Source: an uncultured Alphaproteobacteria bacterium
Lineage (GTDB): Bacteria > Pseudomonadota > Alphaproteobacteria > Rhizobiales > Rhizobiaceae
Length of the DNA stretch: 64,000 nucleotides
Reading direction: 5' to 3'
NCBI GenBank assembly: GCA_963697325.1
Contig: CAVONR010000018.1
Location: forward strand, 81,833-145,832
Position 1 is the stretch's first letter. Each line of letters opens with the position of its first letter. Positions 58,440-64,000 of this stretch are shown in pieces. Made by a program: the position numbers and the translations under genes. The notes under the pieces are model-generated. The model worked only from the letters and a program-made list of their open reading frames with translations, was not told the origin of the DNA and searched no databases.

Positions 58440-58532
58440 CGGATCACCTCCTTTCGATTGGTTGATAATGACGAACCCAATGTGGGGCGATTTGTGCCAT
58501 GTGACAAGAGGGTTCGCTTTCACGCACGCAAA

Positions 58533-58560
58533 CGAAAAAAGGCCCGCGCGAAACGGACCT
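58533..58560 (-). terminator. intrinsic terminator of acs
   Basis: The minus strand reads AGGTCCG-TTTCGCG-CGGGCCT followed by TTTTTT. It lies 28 nt after the acs stop. Confidence 0.6.
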
Positions 58561-58587
58561 TTTTCCTGACATGTGCTTGAACAGCCC

Positions 58588-60559
<1,972 letters not shown>

Positions 60560-60722
60560 CCGATTATCCTCCCAACAGACAAACCCGCGCGCATGCCTGC
60601 CCAACCACAAAGGCTCCGGCGCCGTGCAACCGGTGCGGTTCTATTCCGCGCCGGCATGCGTCGTCCATTAGACAATCGCCTCACGCGCGGACGCATTCAA
60701 GGGATGTTGGACGGGCTGCCGC

Positions 60723-60753
60723 AAAAAGAAAAGGGCGGACCTGCGTCCGCCCT
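60723..60753 (-). terminator. intrinsic terminator of rhlE
   Basis: The minus strand reads AGGGCGGAC-GCAG-GTCCGCCCT followed by TTTCTTTTT. It lies 25 nt after the rhlE stop. Confidence 0.6.
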
Positions 60754-60777
60754 TTGCTGGATGTAACCCGCTGTCGA

Positions 60778-62590
60778 TCAGAATGCCGCGGCGCGGCCCG
60801 GACGGCGGTTCTGCTTGTGGTTGCTGCGCGGCGGGCGCGCCTCGCCCTGACGCTTGCCATTTGCGTGGGCGTGGGCGGGCTTGCCATTGGCATTTGCGTG
60901 GGCGGGCTTGCCGCCATTGCCGTTTGCCGCGCTCGAGGGTCCGCCGAATTTCACCGGACCCTGACCAGAAGGCTTGCCGGCATGGGGGCGACCCTCATGG
61001 CGACCTTCAGGACGGGCATCGCCGCGGCGCTGGTAGTTGCCTTCGCTGACGCGCTGGTGCGCCGCTTCCGCATCGCGCGGTGCGCCCCTGTGCTCGCCAC
61101 GTCCTTCAAAGCGGGCATCGCCGCCCTGATGGCCGCGATCCTTGCGCGGGCCGTTGCGCTTGGCGCCTTCCGGTGCATGGCGATTGGCGCCATCACGCGG
61201 CGCGGGTGCGCCGCCGAAACGGCGCGGTTCGCCTTCGCTGCGTTGACCGTTGCTCTGGCCATTGCGCTGACCTGCATTGCGCTGGCCGCCGTTGCGCTGG
61301 CCATTGCCACCGCCGCCATTGCGGTTGCCATTGCGCTGGCCATTGCCGCGGTATTCGCGGCGTGGTTCGAAATCGCCGTCCTCGGGCGAAGCTTCAACCA
61401 TTGCCGGCTTGCCATCGGTGACGTCGCTGATCGCGGCGACGCGCGGCTGGCGCGGCGCTGGTGCGTTGAGACGCTGGATGACGATGCCGGTGAGTTTTTC
61501 AACGGCGCGCAGCAGGTGGTTTTCGTCCGGTGCGCACAGGCTGACCGCTTCGCCGCTTGCCCCGGCGCGAGCCGTGCGGCCGATGCGGTGGACATAGGCT
61601 TCCGGCACTTCCGGCAGGTCGTGGTTGTAGACATGGCTGACGCCCGGGATGTCGATGCCGCGCGCCGCGACATCAGTCGCGACCAGCACCCGCGCATCGC
61701 CGTCGCGGAACTCGCGAATGGCGCGCTCACGCTGGCTCTGGCTCTTGTTGCCATGGATCGACACGGCCTCGATGCCGGCGGCAACGAGGTTTTTCATCAG
61801 CTTCTCGGTGCCGTGCTTGGTGCGGGCGAAGACCAGCGACAGATGCGCCGGATCGCGCAGCAGCAATTCCTTCAGCAGGCCTGTCTTCTGCGACTGGGCT
61901 ACGAAGTGCACGAACTGCGTGACGTTCTCGGCCGGCTTGTCCGGAAACTGCGGTCTCGACGCGGACCGGATCCACGAGGAAAGCGCGCGAAAGCTGCTCG
62001 ATTGCCTTTGGCATGGTCGCCGAAAACAGCATGGTCTGGCGCGGCGCGCCGAGCATGGAGGCAATCTTGCGCAGGGCGTGGATGAAGCCGAGGTCGAGCA
62101 TCTGGTCGGCCTCGTCCAGCACCAGGTACTTGGCGCTGTCGATGCGCACCGCGCGACGCTCGGAAAGGTCGAGCAGGCGGCCGGGCGTGGCGATCAGGAT
62201 GTCCGCGCCCTTTTCCAGGTTGCGGGTCTGCGAGTTGATCGACGCGCCGCCGACGACGGTGACGATGCGCAGCGGCGTGCGCTTGACGAAGCCGCGCATG
62301 TTGTCGCCGATCTGGTTGGCGAGCTCGCGCGTCGGCGCAAGAATGAGTGCGCGCACGCAGCGTGGCTCGGCGCGGGTCTTTTCGTCGAGCAGGCGCTGCA
62401 CGAGCGGCAGGCCGAAAGCCGCCGTCTTGCCGGTGCCGGTCTGGGCGAGGCCCATGATGTCGCGGCCTGCAAGCACGTGCGGAATGGCGCTGACCTGGAT
62501 CGGGGTCGGCACGTCGTAGCCGAGCGCCTCGATCGAGTAGAGCACATTGGGGGAGAGCCCGAGGGCTTCGAACTGGTTCAAGATCAGCAT
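60778..62590 (-). pseudogene. rhlE: DEAD-box ATP-dependent RNA helicase (RhlE-like) with long Arg/Gly/Asn-rich tail, one frameshift
   Basis: Q-motif ..F..LGL....L.....GY..PTPIQ, AQTGTGKTAAF, VLDEADQMLDLGF, SAT, and in the second frame ..VATDVAARGIDI.. and HRIGRTARAG. The frame change lies near 61960. Confidence 0.88.
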
Positions 62591-62895
62591 CCTTCTGCGC
62601 GCGCCCCGGCCCTCGGCCAAAGGCGCGCGAAACAATGCCGGTCAGGGTCCGCACAGCCTTGTGGCGTGCGAAATGCCGGTGTCTAAGCGGTTGCGCCTGA
62701 GGGACGGGGAAACGGAGTAATCCGCTCAACGCCCTGAAGCTCCAGGACCCCGCGTGAATTGGGAACTAGGGAAATCCATGCCTTGGAAAGCGGCATGGCG
62801 GGAAGCGTCTTTGCACCGGCTGGTCAAGGCTCGAAAAGCGAAACCTGAAAAAACGGCGCCGGGCTGTTCACGCGACAGCAGAGGCTATGGCCGTC

Positions 62896-62924
62896 ATATC
62901 GGCGCGGTTGCAGGCAAAGTCAAG
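62896..62924 (-). promoter_or_regulatory. candidate sigma-70 promoter of rhlE (CTTGAC-N17-CGATAT)
   Basis: The -35 element (62919-62924) and -10 element (62896-62901) match the rhizobial CTTGAC-N17-CTATAT consensus at 11 of 12 positions. This implies a 5' UTR of about 300 nt. Confidence 0.35.
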
Positions 62925-63044
62925 CAGCAATTGTTGCATTGCAAAAAACACCCGCGGCCCGGTCGCGATTGATTAAAGTCTTAACCATTGGCGCGGACAA
63001 TGGCGGCTTCCTTGTTCCAGTGTGTATTGCGTATGGAGCCGGCC

Positions 63045-63479
63045 ATGACGGCCTTGCCTGCAGCCGTGAAGGCGACCCGATTTCGCACGGCGATCACCAT
63101 CGCTTGCGCCGCCACCATGCTTACGGGCTGCGCCATGCTGCCCGGCTTTCGCGAGGGCCAGCGCAATTATGCGACGAGCGTGACGTGGAACGACACCAGC
63201 TGGTGCGTGCCGTGGAGGCTCAAGCGGGTGCTGGGGCGCGTGTCGCGCCAATACGGCGCGGTGACGGTGCATTCCACCCACCGCTGGCCGATGGAAAACA
63301 AGCTGAAGGGCGGCAAGCCGAAATCCTATCACCTGCGTTGCCGTGCGGTCGATTTCTCCGTCAGCACCTATGACGGCGACATCACCGGCTATTTGAAATC
63401 GCAGGGCGAGGTGGGCGGCTTCAGCCGCTATCCGCAGGGCTTCTATCACATCGATACCGGCCCGCGCCGCACCTGGTAG
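63045..63479 (+). CDS. peptidase M15A / DUF882-like (YcbK-type) lipoprotein
   Basis: Lipobox AATMLTGC is present, and ..HSTHRWPMENKLKGGKPKSYHLRCRAVDFSV.. resembles the Zn-binding H..D core. The ATG at 63045 follows GGAG. The ORF track opens at a TTG at 62988. Confidence 0.65.
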   Translation: MTALPAAVKATRFRTAITIACAATMLTGCAMLPGFREGQRNYATSVTWNDTSWCVPWRLKRVLGRVSRQYGAVTVHSTHRWPMENKLKGGKPKSYHLRCRAVDFSVSTYDGDITGYLKSQGEVGGFSRYPQGFYHIDTGPRRTW

Positions 63480-63481
63480 GC

Positions 63482-63856
63482 TCAGCTTGCGCCGAGTGCG
63501 CCTATGATTGCGCCCATGACCAGCAGCGCGGCCAGCCATCGGCCGCCGTCAGCCAGAGTTGCCTTCCAGCCAAGACCGTGGTGGCGGTAGTTCACCGCCA
63601 GCGTGGTGGCAACGAAGCCGGCCCAGACGAACATGCCGGAGATGATGCCGTTGCGCGGCGTGACTTGCCCCACGCCCAGATGCCCGATGAGGCCGGCCAG
63701 CACGATCGCCATCACCAATGCGGCAACGAGGCTGGTGACGAGGATCGCGGGAGACATTCCCGCCTTCATTCGCGAGCGGCCCCAAGGCAGTATCATGGCA
63801 AAGCCGGCGATCGCCGCGATGATGATCGCCAGATAGTTCATGCCGCCGAATGCCAT
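63482..63856 (-). CDS. DUF1761-like membrane protein
   Basis: Reads MAFGGMNYLAIIIAAIAGFA.. with four hydrophobic segments. The ATG at 63856 is preceded by GGAGA. Confidence 0.65.
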   Translation of the reverse strand: MAFGGMNYLAIIIAAIAGFAMILPWGRSRMKAGMSPAILVTSLVAALVMAIVLAGLIGHLGVGQVTPRNGIISGMFVWAGFVATTLAVNYRHHGLGWKATLADGGRWLAALLVMGAIIGALGAS

Positions 63857-63875
63857 GCAGTTCTCCGTTCGTGTC

Positions 63876-64000
63876 TTAGCCGGTAAATTCCCAAACCGTC
63901 GTGCGCTTGACCTCGCTGTCTTCCAGCGCACGCGTCACCGCGACCTGGTATACGGCGATCTCGCGCAGCCGATCGCGCGGCAGATAGGAGCGGCCCGGAT
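63876..64000 (-). CDS. 3' end of an unidentified gene continuing beyond the window
   Basis: The open minus-strand frame ..SYLPRDRLREIAVYQVAVTRALEDSEVKRTTVWEFTG* stops at 63876-63878. Too short to name. Confidence 0.35.
   Translation of the reverse strand, partial: PGRSYLPRDRLREIAVYQVAVTRALEDSEVKRTTVWEFTG

Noticed and set aside
58157-58465. 102-aa plus-strand ORF across the nuclease-acs spacer
   Set aside because: It begins inside the sRNA hairpins and reads through two terminator-like hairpins. The internal ATG at 58334 has only a distant GGAGG (12 nt). The RNA-level features explain the region better.
60840-61350. Short direct repeats that might be mistaken for a CRISPR-like or minisatellite array
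   Set aside because: The units are 10-27 nt, irregular, have no spacers, and lie in frame within the RhlE tail. They are coding low-complexity sequence.
60754-62085. 443-aa plus-strand ORF opposite rhlE, and similarly 30108-31439 opposite imuB and 5836-6996 opposite holA
   Set aside because: Each is antisense to a gene with diagnostic motifs. The translations are Ala/Arg-rich with no domain signatures.
62754-62972. 72-aa plus-strand ORF between rhlE and the M15 peptidase gene
   Set aside because: It has no SD and an atypical basic composition. It is antisense to the predicted rhlE leader and overlaps the predicted rhlE promoter.

Overview
GC-rich alphaproteobacterial (Rhizobiales-like) core chromosome. 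No mobile element, CRISPR array, prophage or recognisable defence island was found. The window opens with the partition cluster mnmE-mnmG-rsmG-parA-parB, which carries three parS sites. It continues through: holA-lptE-leuS; ftsK; glnK-amtB; tesB and a ubiH-type hydroxylase; tRNA-Gly; the SOS mutagenesis cassette imuA-imuB-dnaE2 with an upstream GTTC-N7-GTTC box; leuD and leuB; a Ser/Thr kinase-USP fusion with a partner phosphoesterase; asd; a LemA-TPM-TPM operon; purH; rsmB; htpX; acs; and rhlE. The dominant oddity is that about two dozen otherwise recognisable genes need frame changes to be read. These include indispensable genes (leuS, ftsK, asd, purH). They occur in blocks that alternate with frameshift-free stretches of 4-6 kb. 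The junctions I could resolve to the base are single-base insertions, so I read these as consensus errors rather than genome decay, and 'pseudogene' here means 'as sequenced'. The best non-coding signal is in the nuclease-acs spacer. It holds an sRNA with three hairpins that each display the loop AUCCUCCUCCC (alpha-r14/NfeR1/CcsR-like). Next to it is a second small transcription unit with a 14-nt stretch matching what I recall as the typical bacterial 16S 3' tail on one strand, which is a perfect Shine-Dalgarno plus a 21-codon ORF on the other. I did not find a convincing new multi-gene system.
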